DNA of 64,000 bases from Podarcis gaigeae (GCA_964106915.2 OZ066915.1); one strand, 5' to 3'; counted from the stretch's first letter, positions 1 through 12,640 are shown. The notes: generated by a model not told the origin, from the sequence alone. Made by a program: numbers and translations.

Positions 1-1339
1 GTATGGAGGTTATCTTTAGCTCAGCTACCGAGCAGTCATTCCTTCTGAAATCACTGTACTGCTTTTCTCTTGAGAAATTAGTCCAGCTCTGACTTGAGGG
101 AGCAATGTGAAGCCTTGGGCCTTCTGGCATTTCATTGTACTTACTTGTGCTGGATAGGACTCCTTTTATCCCCTCAAATATATATATGTGTGTGTCTATG
201 TTGTAGATTTCATTCTACTTCGTATTTCCACGTGAGTCCTGCTACCTATCTCTAGTTGGGCCACCACCTCGAGAGAGTCCTGTGCTGGATAGCTGCATAT
301 GCTTAATCTTCTAGTAAATTGGCAACTGCGGTGTAGCTGTCATGCCTTATTATCTCACTGGTCATCACCTGCAGGCCATGTAAACAAGCCACTCTCCTCT
401 CATCCCTTGGTATTTTCTTTTGGATTAGAAGCTGCTCTTGTATAGGTTACTTTAAGCCTGTGTTAACCTGTTTCTATTAATGAAAAGAGACAGAGGGCTA
501 TCTGTTCTTGGCAAGCATGTGCTTGAAGTTGCTTTCTGTTCTGGTGTTTGTTTGTTTTTAGGATCTGCTCTGGGGTGGCTGGGTTAAGAGGCGATTCCTT
601 TTCAATCTTTGGGGCTTCCTCTCTTTTTCAGCAGCCGCATGGCACTTCACTCACACACATCAAAGTAAAAACCTAACAAGTAATGAGGGTGAATGAAGCA
701 GGAGCTCAAGGTGGAACTGAGATCACTAATGGCAGAATGAAAATCTTACGGCTGGGCTGATAAAATGTTTTCATTCCGAGGGAACAAAAGAAAGTGTTTC
801 TCTCGGCACCAGCTGGAGACCTGGGCTTTTACTTTCTCTGCTTCTTTGCCCCTCTTGAGGAATAGAAAAGAGATGTATAGGCACCACTTGAAAACAAGCA
901 AAAACACAAGTTGCCTAATAATGCAGGCTGGTCTTGGCTTGGGTCAGTTTGCAGGGCATGGGGGGAGGATCTACGGCAGCCTTTTGTGATAGGCTTGTGA
1001 ATGAGCTGCCTTTGGTGACTGGCAGTATCTTTCTCGCCACCTCCTCTCTTTCTCTTTGCATTGCCATCATGTGATCCCCTGCCCCCCTTCCCCCCCCAGC
1101 ATTGTTTCGTAACCAGCTGTCCCACTTACAGAACAGTTGTTTCTGGACTTCGGGGAAGTGTTACACTGGGGGGGAAATGGTTTGCACAGCATCTGCGATG
1201 ACTCTCTCGACCTCATCTCTAGGCAGAGGCCACGTTGGCATGGTCTAGTTCAAGCCTCGCTGCTCCACTTGGAATCTCAGGAGCTCCGTGTATGGTGGAT
1301 CTTCAAGGCGGAGCCTGCTGTGTCTGAATAAGCAGCAGG

Positions 1340-1700
1340 TGTTCCAGAGGAGCCTTTCCAGGTGCTATGGTAGATCACTCCTGCTGGCTATAACGGTGGC
1401 CTACACTGATGCAGTCGAAGGAAAGGGAGAGAAGGCGAAACAGGCGTGCCCTGGAGCTGCGCTCAGCCCTTTGCTGGCTGGGGACTCTCTTTCGCTTCCA
1501 GGAGAAGTTGAGCTCCAGGCGGGGGCCGTGTTTGCTTTTGCCACCGGGGGCAAAGTCCCCCATGAGCCGTCGGGTCAGCCCTTCCCCGCCACCCGTTTTG
1601 ACCTTTTAACTGTATGGTTGCAGCTACGGAAACAGCCGGGTCACCAGGTGGACCCTTGGGGTTGAGGGCCACCGAATGGATGGTAAGGAACCACGGGGTC
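1340..1700 (+). promoter_or_regulatory. Small CpG-enriched patch; candidate alternative promoter and short first exon of PRKACA (ATG GAT G|gtaagg at 1676-1682)
   Basis: CpG density is visibly higher than in the flanks. The donor at 1683 is phase 1 relative to ATG 1676, matching the phase-1 start of PRKACA exon 2. In-frame upstream stop TAA at 1607-1609. Confidence 0.4.
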
Positions 1701-2934
1701 CTGGGTGGGTGAACAGACTGCTGTCTGCTTTCTCCCTCGCTCCCTGTGTTTATTAGACAGCTGCTTCTTTCAAGGAATGTATGGTGAGAAAAGGGCTCTA
1801 AAGACAAAGACACACATGGATCTATCTGTGACGCTGAATGTGGCACAGTAAATTTTTGAGCAGATGGGTTTGTACTCACATGCAGCCCCTACAACAAATC
1901 AGCTCTGACTGTCATAGACATATGTAGAAACTATTTAAATGGTTAGCCTTGGGGGAGTTATTCCTGATGAATTATGTTTCCACTAACTCCAGAATTTATC
2001 CCCTTTTATTTCCAGTTAAAGAACCTTGAGCGTTGAACAAAAGATGCTCAGAGCTGCTGTTTTCTCTCTAAGGGTACCATTTTTGCTTTATGAATTTGCA
2101 GCACGTCGTAGTTTGAGCTGAGCTTTCTTGCTGCTATTACCATCCTAATTGCTGTTTTAAATGCTTATATGAAGGAAGAATCTGCCAGTTTATTCTAAGT
2201 AGTAGACTCAAAGCCTCAAAAATCAAAGGTGTTGGCATCATAAAGAGTAAGGAGGGTCAATTAGGAGAAATCTAAGGATCAACATGCTCAAGAATGTCTC
2301 CTTGCTGACAAGCCATCTAAAGCACATTCTGATAACTTTCACCCAGTCCATTGGGCATGATTGTGTTTAAATAAAATGTCTAGCCCTCGAGGTTGTGATG
2401 AAGTATCAGAAATAGCTGTTTAGATTCTGCTAAACACTAAGGATATGGATGAGTCTTCTGCTGTCATGAAGCAGATTTTATTGTTTCCTGGAATTCTAAC
2501 ATTTTATCAGTATTCCAAACTCATGGGAATGGCAAGGGTGCAGAAGGCTTATCATTTGTGGAGTAGGAGGAAAAGGTTAAACTTGCCTCTATATTTTTTT
2601 TTAACTGACAGGCTTCCTAATGGTGCATTTAAGTGTTACATCTAATTTGGCTTTCAGTGACAAATGGCAGGTGAAAACATTTTCCCCTGGAAACCTATGC
2701 CTATTCACTTTGACCACTGGTCTTCTCTAGGGGCCTTTCTTTCTCCCCTTATTAATATCTGTTGTTATACCTTCTGACCTGGTTACTACAGTCTCAGTTA
2801 TAGGGTGAGGGGCAGCCTATTGGTGAATAAACTGCACCATGCTTTTTCTCAGAAACACAGTCCTGTCACTTATTAGGACCATGTTCACAGATGTCATGAG
2901 ACTTCCTGTTTCAGCCCCCAATAAAAAATAGAGT

Positions 2935-3165
2935 CATTGTGATGTAGTGTTACTGTATTGAACTTTGACTGGGCAGACCCTGGGTTCTAATCCCCACTCA
3001 GCTATGAAACCCACTGGGTGCCCTTGGATCAGTGACTCTTGGCCTAATCTGCTCACAACTTATGTTAGTATAATTGGAGGAAAGGGGATAATAGAATTGC
3101 GTATGGTGCCCTGAGCTCCTGGAAGAAGAGCGAGATATAAATGTAATAAGAAATAAAAAAATAAA
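2935..3165 (+). mobile_element. MIR-like tRNA-derived SINE with L2-type tail
   Basis: tRNA box-like head (gaccctgggttctaatcccc), core and AT-rich tail (gatataaatgtaataagaaataaa); related copies near 15745-15890 (-) and 20420-20590 (+). Confidence 0.6.
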
Positions 3166-3309
3166 TATTTCACATCCTCAAGAGTATCACAACCAAAATG
3201 AAATTTGCATAAATCTGTCACATGGTTGATTCCAATTGCAGGCATTGGTTTACTGGTCATAGGATATTTCTTAGAAGGGTTGAGGGGGTGAGGTTATAGA
3301 ACCAGATTA

Positions 3310-3562
3310 CAGTGGTACCTTGCAAGACGAATGCCTCGTAAGACAAAAAACTCGCAAGACGAAAGAGTTTTTCATTTTTTTAGTTGCTTCGCAAGACGAA
3401 TTTCCCTATGGGCTTGCTTCGCAAGACAAAAACGTCTTGATAGTTTGTTTCCTTTTTCTTAAAACCGTTAATACCCAGGGAATCTGTGCTTCGCAAGACG
3501 AAAAATTCGCAAGACGAAAAAACTCGCAGGACGAATTATTTTTGTCTTGCGAGGCACCACTG
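3310..3562. mobile_element. Tc1/mariner (Tigger/pogo-like) MITE
   Basis: TIRs cagtggtaccttgcaagacgaa / tttgtcttgcgaggcaccactg; TA on both sides (3308-3309, 3563-3564); about 8 internal copies of tcgcaagacgaa. Confidence 0.85.
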
Positions 3563-3587
3563 TACCTGCACTTGGCCTAGAAATTAA

Positions 3588-3773
3588 GGGCACATGCACA
3601 CCATACATCCCAACACATATTTAAAGCGCATGACTTTCCCAAAAGAATCCTAGGAACTCTGTTTCTCCCCCCCCCCCAGTACCTTCAACTACATATTCCA
3701 GGATTCCTCGGAGGAAGTTATGTGCTTTAACTGTGTGTTGGTTGTGCTTCAAGGGTATGGCATGGATCTGCCC
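3588..3773. mobile_element. PIF/Harbinger-type palindromic MITE
   Basis: Ends gggcacatgcacacc / ggcatggatctgccc; TAA target duplication (3585-3587, 3774-3776); internal inverted symmetry. Confidence 0.7.
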
Positions 3774-4540
3774 TAAATCTGCTAGTCTGTATCCCATCCT
3801 TTTGCTGACTGGCTTTCTATACTAGAGAGATTACAATGGCGTCTGTTCCTGTATAGCCACTGAAAAAGACAGGAGAATGCAAGGCAGTGTATTGATAACA
3901 TCTGGCTGGCCTGTGCTTGCCTATGGCCAAGGCTCTTAGGATGTTTAAGATCCCTCTGAGATAACATACAAGTTGCGCACCAAAGCCAACACTTGCCCCT
4001 CAAGAGACTTGTTAGCCAAATGATGATGCTTTTTCGTTGTTGTTTTGGAAACCTTGTGAGGAAGGAGGCCCCTTGTGTTGGAGAATATATTGGTTTCCGT
4101 CTCCAGTTGCTAGCAGTGCAGGAGCGAGATTAAATTCTAATTTCATATCTAAATTAATGCTGAAAAGACCCAGAGTGATAAAGTGGCGAAACAAAACCAG
4201 TAAAACATTAAATGAGGAACATTGAGGTGGCAATGTTCAGATGCAGCAGATCAGTACAAATAAGAATCCTACGCAGACTGCTTCCCAACAGTCCTGCAAA
4301 AAGATGTTTTCCTTGCATTTCTAAAATGTAACCGTGAAAATCATTGCCACACTTCTTCTGGGAACTCATTCCAAACCTGCTGGAAAGGTCCTACCCCTTC
4401 CAATTGAAGTTTAACCTCTGGAAGATGGGAGGGATTTTTATCTGGGCCCAACCAGAAGTTCCTAATGGGAGGCTAGTGTATGTGTGTCAGGAACACAGGA
4501 AGCTACCTTCCACCAAAGCAGACAATTGGTCAATCTAATT

Positions 4541-4672
4541 TAGGGATGGAGTCCCTCTGGCCCTCTAGATGTTGGACTCCATCTTCCATCAGTCCCAGCT
4601 GGCATGACCAATGACCAGGGATGATGAGAGTTGTAGCCCAACAACATGGATGGCCACAGGTTCCCATCTCTA
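4541..4672. mobile_element. Short (~130 bp) palindromic squamate MITE (ctacaactcccatc...gatgggagttgtag family)
   Basis: Inverted termini tagggatgg / cccatctcta. Other degenerate copies near 6723, 7940, 13760, 20768, 25600, 44940, 55350 and 57400. Confidence 0.65.
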
Positions 4673-6648
4673 GTCTGTACTGACTGGGAGCACCTTTCCA
4701 GGATTTCAGACAGGTCTTTCTCAACCTACTTGGAGATACTAGAGATTGAGCCTGGAGCCTTCTGCATGTTCTTGGACTTTTGACTCACATCAGCATGGCC
4801 AATGGTAAGGGACAATGGGAGCTGGAGGTGAGCAATATCTTGGGGCCCAGAGGTTTTTCAGTCGCATGTGCCCTCTTGCTATACAGGTGTCCCGCCCCCC
4901 CCTTAGGCAGGGATTATGTTTCAGGGCCCACAGACATAAGCAAAAATCGTGTAAGTGGGGAGCACCCTCTAAAAAGCCTCTGAACGCCTGCTTTTCCCTG
5001 CTCTCCAGCTCTCTCTACAATTCAGACTGAAATATCAGCTCTGGTGCTGGTTGGAGGCTGGAGGACACGCAGGCAAGTAGTGGTGGTGGCGGCGGCTGCA
5101 GTACCCCGCCCATCAGCTGTTAGGGAGGGAGACTGTGTGCTCGGGTCTCTTTGGGACTTCCTCCGCCGTCACTGATGTCTTTTTCAGGCTCTGGGGAGGG
5201 TCTCCTCACAAGCAACAAGGACTGTTCAGCTCTCTCCCACTATTTCCTGCTTTGAATTTTTTTTTTTATTTCCTGGCACTGCATGTATATGCATTTGTGC
5301 CTGTAGTCTTTCCCCCTTGTATGGCCAGAATGCCTAGTAACCTACTTCAGCTTCCCTTCTGATAGGGAGTGCAGTTCATCTCCTTGAGCAGCCTGGACCT
5401 TGTTTTTACTCCATGCAGAAGATACCATCTGCCTGGGAATGCAAATGGTGCCATACCAACAATTATTTGAAGCATGTGTGGTTCCACAAAATGCGTTCCG
5501 TAAATAACACTGGGGCTTTTATTCCCTAGTGCAGATTTTTGTATTCCCTTCCATTTGTTCATTCTTAAGGCGTTTATATGCAGCTTAATCATAAGCATTT
5601 CCACCAAGTATTTTGTGAGAGGACTGCGACCTAAGCTGCAGAGCAGCTAAAATAGCATTTGGAGGTGGCCTTCTCCATAGGAAGCACAAAATAAGTTTGT
5701 TTGTTTTTTTTAAAAAAATACAGCACGTCCATCATACGATGCTCTAATTTGCCATGCTCATGAAAATCATATGCAAATTGTATTTCATGTGGATTAGCAC
5801 TGAACTTTCAGCTCCTGCAGCTTTTCTCGAGGTGCCCCTCTGTCGAAGAAGGTGCTCCACCTTGGCTGTTGCTTTGCTGATCTCCAAAGTGCAGAGAGAA
5901 AAGAGGTGAATTTGTGTGTCTGGTGAGAGCAGCTTCTGCGTGGTGAATAAGCCTGATGGGAAAACTCTTTGAGGACGAAAGCGTGCATGGTGGAGATTGG
6001 CGCTGTTAAAAAGAGTGCCTGCCTATGTTGCTTGAATGCCCTGTGCTCAGTTTATCTGCCAGCAATGCAGCCTAGTAGTTGTGTTTTGGATACAGTGGGA
6101 GAAGAAGGAGATACCGGAGGCTTTGAAAAATTACTAGGGCTGCATCTCTATTAGTCCCTATGCTCTGGTGTTTATGTTTATGCTCTGGTGTTTATCTTGG
6201 CACAGGTCAGTCTGTGAGGCTCTTCTGCAATTGGACATGGTCGATTAGTTCCATAAGCTAGATTCATGGAGTCTGACCAAGCCAATGTGAATAGAAAATG
6301 CCTTCATCGGGTTCACTGTTTAAGGGGTGCTCTCAGCTCAAATGGTGTAATAGAGAGTTATTTCTGTGGCAAGAGATGCTTTTAACACCTGGGGCTTTGT
6401 CGTAATGAGGCAAACGGTGTGTTTCTGCTCTTTCCCCCTTGTTGCTTCTATTCAGCCAACCAATTTCTTGTTCGGTTGTCATCTGCAATTCTGGCTGCAG
6501 CAGTGGTTGAAGATGTGTGGGGAGGGGAGCATAATTAGGTAGGGAAATGGCTGGAGAATCCAACCCTCTTGGGCCAACCCAGTCTTGTATACAGTATACT
6601 GTCTCTCACAGCAGCTAGCGTAAGAAACCTATTACAAGAAAGGTAGAA

Positions 6649-6665
6649 GAGCCCTCTAGTGGTCA
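6649..6665 (-). promoter_or_regulatory. Candidate CTCF site (TGACCACTAGAGGGCTC)
   Basis: Close match to the CTCF core CCACTAGAGGGC on the minus strand; motif evidence only. Confidence 0.4.
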
Positions 6666-8220
6666 TAGAAAGGATGGTTTCACATATATATTGGGTATCT
6701 TAATCTGCAACAGAAATTTTCTGAAGCCCTAAAGCTGGGCTGGGGCGCCTGTTGCCCCTCAGAAGTTGCTGGACTATAACTCCCATAATCCCAGACCATT
6801 AACCATATTGGCTGAGGCTTATGAATGGCCCACTTTAACTGATTCCGCAGCCCCTCCGTATGCACTCCAGATCTCATGAAGGGAACCCTCTTAAAGGAAG
6901 CAAGGGGCACCCAAAAATAAAGTAATGATTTCTGCATACTCAGAGGACTCTCTGGGAGACATGCAGAAGTATGTAAGTTTGTGAGCTGAAAGAGAGAACA
7001 ACTTTTTGAAAAGAGAAAAAAAGCATTGTGGGCATTTTAAGACCTTTGGAATGTCAGTGACATACAGAAAAATAGACTATTTACTGGTGCAGTTCATCTC
7101 TGTCTGAAGAAGGAAATTCTAGGTTCATGTTGCACCCCAAAAGTAAGAGGTGCTGTCTTTTTGCTGCTAGCCTCTTCTGGGAGGGGGTTGGGAGCCAGGG
7201 TGGGGTCCATGCTGCTGTTGCTGTCCATTTACAGCAATGTTAAAATCCTGGGTTTCCTTCATTGTTTTATGTGAACAGCTCTTAGTTCTGCCCTGGAGGA
7301 TGGAAAAAGTGGGTCAGATTGGAAGTTGGGCATGCTGTGTTAGTCTAGCAATTATGTCCATGGCTGCAGGCTGTTGAGCCATAGAATGATGGTGTCAGTT
7401 AAAAGTGGCAAACAGAGGGGGAGGTTGGGGGATGCATGCCATGAGGCTAAAGTATTTTCACCCTATATATTCCTCTATTTTGGTAATTAAAAAAAAAAGG
7501 TGCTCGTACTCATGTCTTGATAAAAGTGCTGTGGGTACCAGCACCAAATGGCTGCCTTGGCAGCAAAAGGCGCCTGCACTCCATATTGTTGAGTGCTGTC
7601 CTCCCAGAAGCAATATATACACACATGCATACATAGATCTCAATAAAACGCTTGGATTCAGGACGGGCAACCAGCCCTGAACCTGGGCAAGTTAGCATTT
7701 TATAGCAGGCTCAGGAAATGTTTATAACATGTGGGAAAGCAAAAATATGTGAATCTTGAATAGTATTGCTGGCCTCCTGTTTCAGGCTATGTGGAACCCT
7801 GAACATTTAGAATTATTTTTTCTGGTTGCCCAAGTAGCTGAATTAAATCCAAAGGTGTGCCAGATACATTAAAATTGAGAAAAGGTGAAGCCCATTCCTT
7901 TGTTTTTCAGATCTAGCAAAAAGATTGTAAAATGCTGACCTACAGCTCCCATCATTCTTGACTGTTCCTGACCATTCTGGCTCAGGCTTATGGGAATTGG
8001 AGCCTAGTGACACCTGGAGGGCCACAAAACTTAGCAGAATTCTGCTGCCTTTTGCAAACCTGCTTCAAAGCATTCTGGTCGGTGAAAGTGCTTCAGAAAG
8101 GAAAGCTGAATCTGCTCTTCCCCAGCCTTCTCAACTCAGGCTGTGGGTACCATGGCCACAGAATACAGCTCTTTGTGTTGGGTCTGTAATAGAGGGGGAG
8201 GGAACAGCTGTCTTTGGAAA

Positions 8221-8410
8221 GGGCCATAGCTCAGTGGCAGAGCATATACTTCTGTGTGCATTGAAGGTCCCAAATTCAATTGCTTGTACCGCTAGCAAGG
8301 TTGAAAAAGTGTCTCACCTGCCACCCTGTGGAGTTGCTGGCAGTCAAGTGTTGCAGGCAGTGCTGAGCAAGATGGGCCAGTGGGCTGATTTTGGCACAAG
8401 ACAGCTTCTA
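8221..8410 (+). mobile_element. Squam3-like tRNA-derived SINE
   Basis: Head gggccatagctcagtggcagagca...gaaggtcccaaattcaat with a typical body and tail; partial copies at ~32463-32625 (-) and ~57670-57795 (+). Confidence 0.7.
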
Positions 8411-8699
8411 CTACTTAGAAAACATTTATTAGATGTGCGTTCCAGCACAGAAGGCCTCCGCTGCACAGAGTTCAAATAATGGTTTAAAGCAAATCTATCA
8501 AATAAGCCGCTAGACGAAATTTCATGAAATGATAGGGGCCATTAGTGTGGGAGATGAAGAAAATGTGGGTAGAGCTTGTTGGGTTAAAAATAGGGCTAGC
8601 TGAACATGCCCACGCCTGCCTTGTACTGTAGGGGAGTGCTCAGACTCCCAATAACTTTTTGTTTCTTAAAAAAAGAAATCTACAAAATGGTGTGAGCTT

Positions 8700-9530
8700 T
8701 TCTTCAAAGGCACTCTTCAAGCTGGATGATTCAGAAGCACTGCAGAATGGCAGGTAAGCTTCAGAGTGAGCGAGCGCCTCGTGTTCCACATTGGGACACA
8801 AACTCCTGCACAGACACTGATGGGATCTAAATGAGCTGTCACTACTGCCAGCGAGGTCTTGGGGTCATGGTAGAAAGCGCAGTGACGTCATCTCAGTGTG
8901 CTGGTGCAGTGGAGGAAAAGCAAATCTGATACTGGGAATTACTATAAAAAGGGGCTGAAAATGAAATGGCAAGTACACCAGGATGAGACTCTGGTATGGC
9001 TGTGCTTGGAATGCCAATGGAGTTCTAGTGGCCTGGTTTTGAAAAAGAGATCACAGAAGGGGAGGAAAGTAAAGAAATGGGTGGCTAAAGATATTCAGGT
9101 GGATGGGACTTCCTTCGAAGAGAAGTTTAGGCCGCACACATATTTAGTTCACAAAATTAGGAATGGTGTGAAAGAAACCAAAACATTGGAGTTTGAAGTT
9201 CTCTAATACTTTGACAGCAAGTTCAGGACAAATTAAAGCAAGCACTGTTTTCAACTTATGGAATTCATCCCACAGTTTGGAAGGCCACGAACACTGTCAT
9301 TGTCACTGTCAACTGGAATAGGTTTAGCTCCCATAGATGGGTCTATCAATGGCTGTAGGTCATGGTTTGCAGATGCACTATATCTTTCCTTACCAGAGGC
9401 AGCGAACAGACAGAGGATGATTATTGAAATCATGTCCTAGTTATCAATTTTCCAGGGGTATGTGGCTGGTCCTGGTTAGAGACCATATACTATACTTGAT
9501 GAACCTAGAATTCTGATCCTGCAAGATTAT
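8700..9530 (+). mobile_element. Degenerate CR1-type LINE 3' fragment (ORF2 end and 3' UTR)
   Basis: Decayed ORF2-like peptides (WQVSF..VFHIG, ERGLGV..KANLILG) followed by CR1-like 3' UTR sequence; many frameshifts. Confidence 0.6.
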
Positions 9531-9835
9531 TGTTGCCAACATCCAACAAGAGGAACAAACAATTACTTGCACTTTCACACTTGTATTACGTTTTTCCAAG
9601 GAACTCAAGGTAATGTATGTGGGATTACCAGTTTTTTCCTCCCAGCAGCTTTGTGAATTAAGTTATGTTGCTTGTGTGATTTCCCCTCGCCCCACCCCGC
9701 AAAAAGACCCCTTCAAAACCGTTGAGCTTCATGGTTCAAATTCAGTTATCTAGCCACTACACCACAATGACTCTTACAGTGCCATTTGAAAGCTGGGAGA
9801 ACAGGAGATTAGCACATCACAATTATAGCCTTGAG

Positions 9836-10077
9836 CAGGGGTCAGCAGGGGGCTGGTCCACTGTCCCTCAGACCTTGTGGGGGGCTGGACTATATTTTTT
9901 TTGGGGGGGGGGAATGAATGAATTCCTATGCCCCACAAATAACCCAGAGATGCATTTTAAATAAAAGGACACATTCTACTCATGTAAAAACACGCTGATT
10001 CCTGGACCGTCCGTGGGCCGGATTTAGAAGGCGATTGGGCCGGATCTGGCCCCCGGGCCTTAGTTTGCCTATGCATG
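9836..10077. mobile_element. hAT (Charlie-like) MITE
   Basis: Near-identical to the copy at 62604-62848; ends cagggg...tttgcctatgcatg; imperfect 8-bp TSD gccttgag / gcccttgag. Confidence 0.8.
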
Positions 10078-10469
10078 GCCCTTGAGGCCCTTGAGGAATG
10101 ATGCAAGTTCACTGGGCAAGAAATTGTACAGCAGTCAGTAATGATGAGACATGTGGTCCAACACCATCTGGTAACCCAAGAATGAGTGAGGTTGTCTTAA
10201 GGATTTTTTTTCCTGTTCCTGGTGGCCTATCTAAATTTTAGCCAAAGTGGTTTTTTAAACCACAGTTTCTCTTATTTGAAATATACATATTGATGAGACA
10301 GTATTGCATCTTTCTCTGATTTGGCATGTAAATGCACATGTTTGGATTGCAATGCAATGTCTTGAGTTTTGTGTGCCATAACTTGGAAGCCCATATTGCT
10401 AGGGGATATCAGCTTCATTATGGAGCCAGGCGAATGTTCAGGGCTCACTTTCAGGCAAAATAAACTCCC

Positions 10470-10880
10470 AGCCCCTAAACCACACTCTGAACCTAACACT
10501 AAACCAAGGTTTATTAAACTATGGTTTATGAAACCACGGCTTAGTGTTTTGTGCAAAGCCTGCCTAGTGGCTTGACTATGGTTTGTTTACTGCTAACAAA
10601 CCATGATCTGAAGCTGTGGTTCGGTGCTGGTTTATGACCCTTAGTTTGTTGTAATTAAGTTTTGCAACTCTTACCAAGCCAAACACCCTTCCTTAACCAT
10701 GGTTTGTTTGGCCTCCCCACCCCACATGCTCACTGAACTACAAAGGCATGAGTTGAGAGCAGCTGAAAATTGAACCAAATTTTGGAGAAAAACAAGCCAT
10801 GGTTTGCTTGCTCATCTGTGAGACAACTCATGGCTTGTTTTAACAAACCGTGGTTTAGTGTTCTGTGTGAACCAGGCCTT
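10470..10880. repeat. Palindrome-rich squamate repeat (AAACCATGGTTT family MITE remnant)
   Basis: Many variants of aaaccatggttt / aaaccacggctt / aaaccgtggttt, ending in tgtgtgaaccaggcc. Confidence 0.55.
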
Positions 10881-11784
10881 GAGCAGCCATCAAGAATGCA
10901 GAATTGTTCCCTCCCTTTGCCTAGACCTCAAGACAGGGTTGATGGTTTAGAGTGCAGTTGGAGGCTCTTGGGCATGACGCAGGAGCGACTGACGGCCTGA
11001 GGTTAGATGAGATCATAGTGCTCAGCCTGGCCTTAAGGCCTGTGGTGCTCTGTCGCTGTCGGGGGTCCCTCATGGCTTATGGAAGAGGTCAGTGTTCTGG
11101 AGATGGGGAGGGGTGATTGCTGCCCCTTTTTGGAGGGGGGCCCATGGAGCTAAAATATAATGCTGAGATGGCCCTAGGAAGGGGGGAAGAGCTGCCAGAA
11201 ATCTCCTTGAGGAGTGGGGAGGGCTGGGATCTGTGCAGGAAGGTGTAAGCTGGTGGCGCTCTGTAAGTAATGTGGATAAAGCAGGAGACAAAGGGAAAGT
11301 AGGTCAGACAGGCTGAGCTGCAGCTCCACGTCTGTTTGTGTGCGTGTCTCGGGGAAATCCAGCCGCTCTGTGCTGCAGCATGAAGGAATTGGGTGGGAGG
11401 ATTGCTGTGAAGGTTTGGAGTGGGAGGATGCTATGAAAGCATCCCCAGACTGCGCCTGGCCATGTTCCCTTTGTGTCAGGTACCTCTCCTGTAGGAAATA
11501 AGAGGCTGGTGCAAAGCAACCTTATTTCAGGGGCTCCTCCATTTTACGGTCTTCTGATCTCATGCCAGGAGAAGCTGCATCTCCATGATGGGAGGGGGGA
11601 ACTGAAAATGAGCTTTTTCTGGTGGATGCAGGGGCAGACTTCACATTCTGAACTGGGAGCCAGGATCCCTGGAATCTGTAGTCAGGCTCCATTTCTTTAG
11701 ATGGTAGCGAACTGTTCAGCAAATTTACCCTGGCTGAGGAGCGCTTGCTCGGCCTTTTCTGCTTCTCTTTGCTTTATGCAGATA

Positions 11785-12034
11785 CAGTCGTACCTTGGAT
11801 CCCAAATGCCTTGAAACTCGAATCTTTTGGCTCCCGAACCCTGCAAACCCGGAAGTGAGTCTTCTGGTTTGCGAATGTTCTTAGGAAGCCGAACATCTGA
11901 CGTAGGTTCCGCGGGTTCCGATTGCGTGCAGGAAGCTCCTGCCGCTAATCGGAAGCCGCGCCTTGGTTGTTGAGTGTTTTGGAAGTTGAACGGACTTCCG
12001 GAATGGATTCCGTTCGGCTTCCAATGTATGACTG
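11785..12034. mobile_element. Tc1/mariner-type MITE
   Basis: TIRs cagtcgtaccttgga / tccaatgtatgactg; TA flanks at 11783-11784 and 12035-12036. Confidence 0.8.
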
Positions 12035-12199
12035 TATATGCTGTGCTTGGCCCCAGTGGATGATGGGATCTTGAGGGCTTAGTTTGTAAGGTTATTGTTT
12101 CATAGACTCATAGAGGTGGCAACTGCCAACTGCAGTATTGTTGATATGTGGCCAGCCAGCCTACTGTTCTTGATGCTGATATTTAGTTGTTTTTCTCCC

Positions 12200-12640
12200 C
12201 CTCATTTTAAGGACCCAAAGCCTGGGTGAAGAGAAAAGTCTAAATATAGATAAAGATGGCACCATGCATGCCTCCCTGGGGAGAGCTTTTCACAACAGGG
12301 AGCCACCACTGAAAAGGCCTTAATGAAAGAGAGTCATCTACCCCTTCCAAAGCAGTCTGCTTTACTGTTGAACATGTTATGCCGTCAGGAAGTTCTTCCT
12401 GATGTTTGGTCTAAATCAAACCCTTTTTCTTGTAATCTAAACGCATTAATTCAGGTGCTATCTTCTGGAACAACAGAAAACAAAGTTGCTCCATCTATGT
12501 AACAGAGGGCTATTGCATTGCCTCTTGGTAGTCTGTTCTCCAGGATGTAAAATTCACTGACACCTTCAACCTTCCCCCAAAGGGTTTGGTTTCCAGGCTC
12601 TTCATCATCATGGTTGCCCCTCTCAGAAAACATTCCAGGA
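12200..12640 (-). mobile_element. Adjacent degenerate L2 and CR1 LINE fragments
   Basis: L2-like segment (~12200-12320) followed by an antisense CR1 ORF2 3' end (tcaggaagttcttcctgatgtt...gaaaacaaagttgctcc) similar to the young CR1 at 39187-39698. Confidence 0.55.

Noticed and set aside
207-231. AG/GT-bounded micro-exon candidate resembling C-beta a/b/c cassettes
   Set aside because: 25 nt, so not frame-preserving; poor pyrimidine tract.
3321-3536. CRISPR-like repeat/spacer appearance
   Set aside because: Repeats are ~12 bp with irregular spacing inside a TIR/TA-bounded MITE in a vertebrate genome; no cas genes.
6860-6975. Possible C-beta2-like long first exon (…TLWETCR|M) with donor gtatgt
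   Set aside because: Two in-frame stops (TAA TGA) lie between the upstream ATG and the donor, and the similarity is too weak.
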